DNA from: a virus
Strand: one strand, 5' to 3'
Virus record (IMG/VR): IMGVR_UViG_3300034354_000165
Length of the DNA: 40,705 nucleotides
Part shown: piece after piece, positions 40,644 through 40,705 of the stretch
Numbering within the stretch: position 1 is the first letter of the stretch
How the letters are laid out: each line of letters begins with the position of its first letter
Made by a program: the position numbers and the translations under genes
Notes under the pieces: generated by a model
What the model saw: only the letters and a program-made list of their open reading frames with translations
Databases searched by the model: none
What the model was told of the DNA's origin: nothing

Positions 40644-40705
40644 AATCTCCTAATTAGGTGAAATATTAATAAAGCTTCCCTGAATGTATGTTGTATTATT
40701 ATTAC
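40579..40705. repeat. Terminal overlap copy 2, identical to 1..127
   Basis: Exact 127-nt identity with the window start. It duplicates the 5' end of the 192-aa gene and the 3' end of the 139-aa gene. Confidence 0.95.

Overview
The window is a complete, circularly closed, AT-rich phage genome. Its first 127 nt are identical to its last 127 nt, so the unit length is 40578 bp.

Gene layout resembles a P22-like podovirus: no tape measure or sheath, and several beta-helix tailspike or fibre genes.

Minus strand, late genes:
- terL 10349..11632
- portal 6833..8950/8989, with a P22-like C-terminal coiled coil
- scaffold 4656..5324
- HK97-type capsid 2258..3229

Across the circular junction the late genes continue with:
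- tail and virion proteins, 40643 down to 34492
- putative ejection proteins 31265..34436
- a five-gene fibre/tailspike block 24445..30429

Minus strand, early genes:
- a Cro-like HTH protein
- a lambda-O-like replication initiator with iterons inside its own gene
- a PD-(D/E)XK nuclease
- a small protein ending in an SSB-like tip
- a Lom/Ail-like outer-membrane beta-barrel
- a terS-like HTH protein

Plus strand, four inserted blocks:
- an ERF plus YqaJ-exonuclease recombination operon (22174..23956)
- a ParF/ParG-like partition cassette between terL and portal (9155..10356)
- a 3.6-kb cargo island between terS-like and terL (11669..15263), carrying a GT17-like glycosyltransferase, a metallophosphoesterase, a duplicated Cys-rich gene and three DUF551-like genes
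- a small HTH / membrane protein / Cse60-like trio (30548..31224)

I found no integrase, reverse transcriptase, CRISPR array, tRNA or recognisable endolysin.

Most interesting leads:
1. A candidate phage-plasmid lifestyle: a type Ib par locus plus helically phased GACAY repeats at three loci.
2. A lambda-like ori, and an orphan plus-strand terminator that suggests an oop-like antisense RNA.
3. A non-OB protein carrying an SSB C-terminal tip.
4. Surface-modifying morons (GT17, OMP).
5. A tailspike gene sitting between scaffold and capsid that shares its N-terminal anchor with the 870-aa repetitive fibre.

All family calls come from motif recognition by eye; no searches were run.
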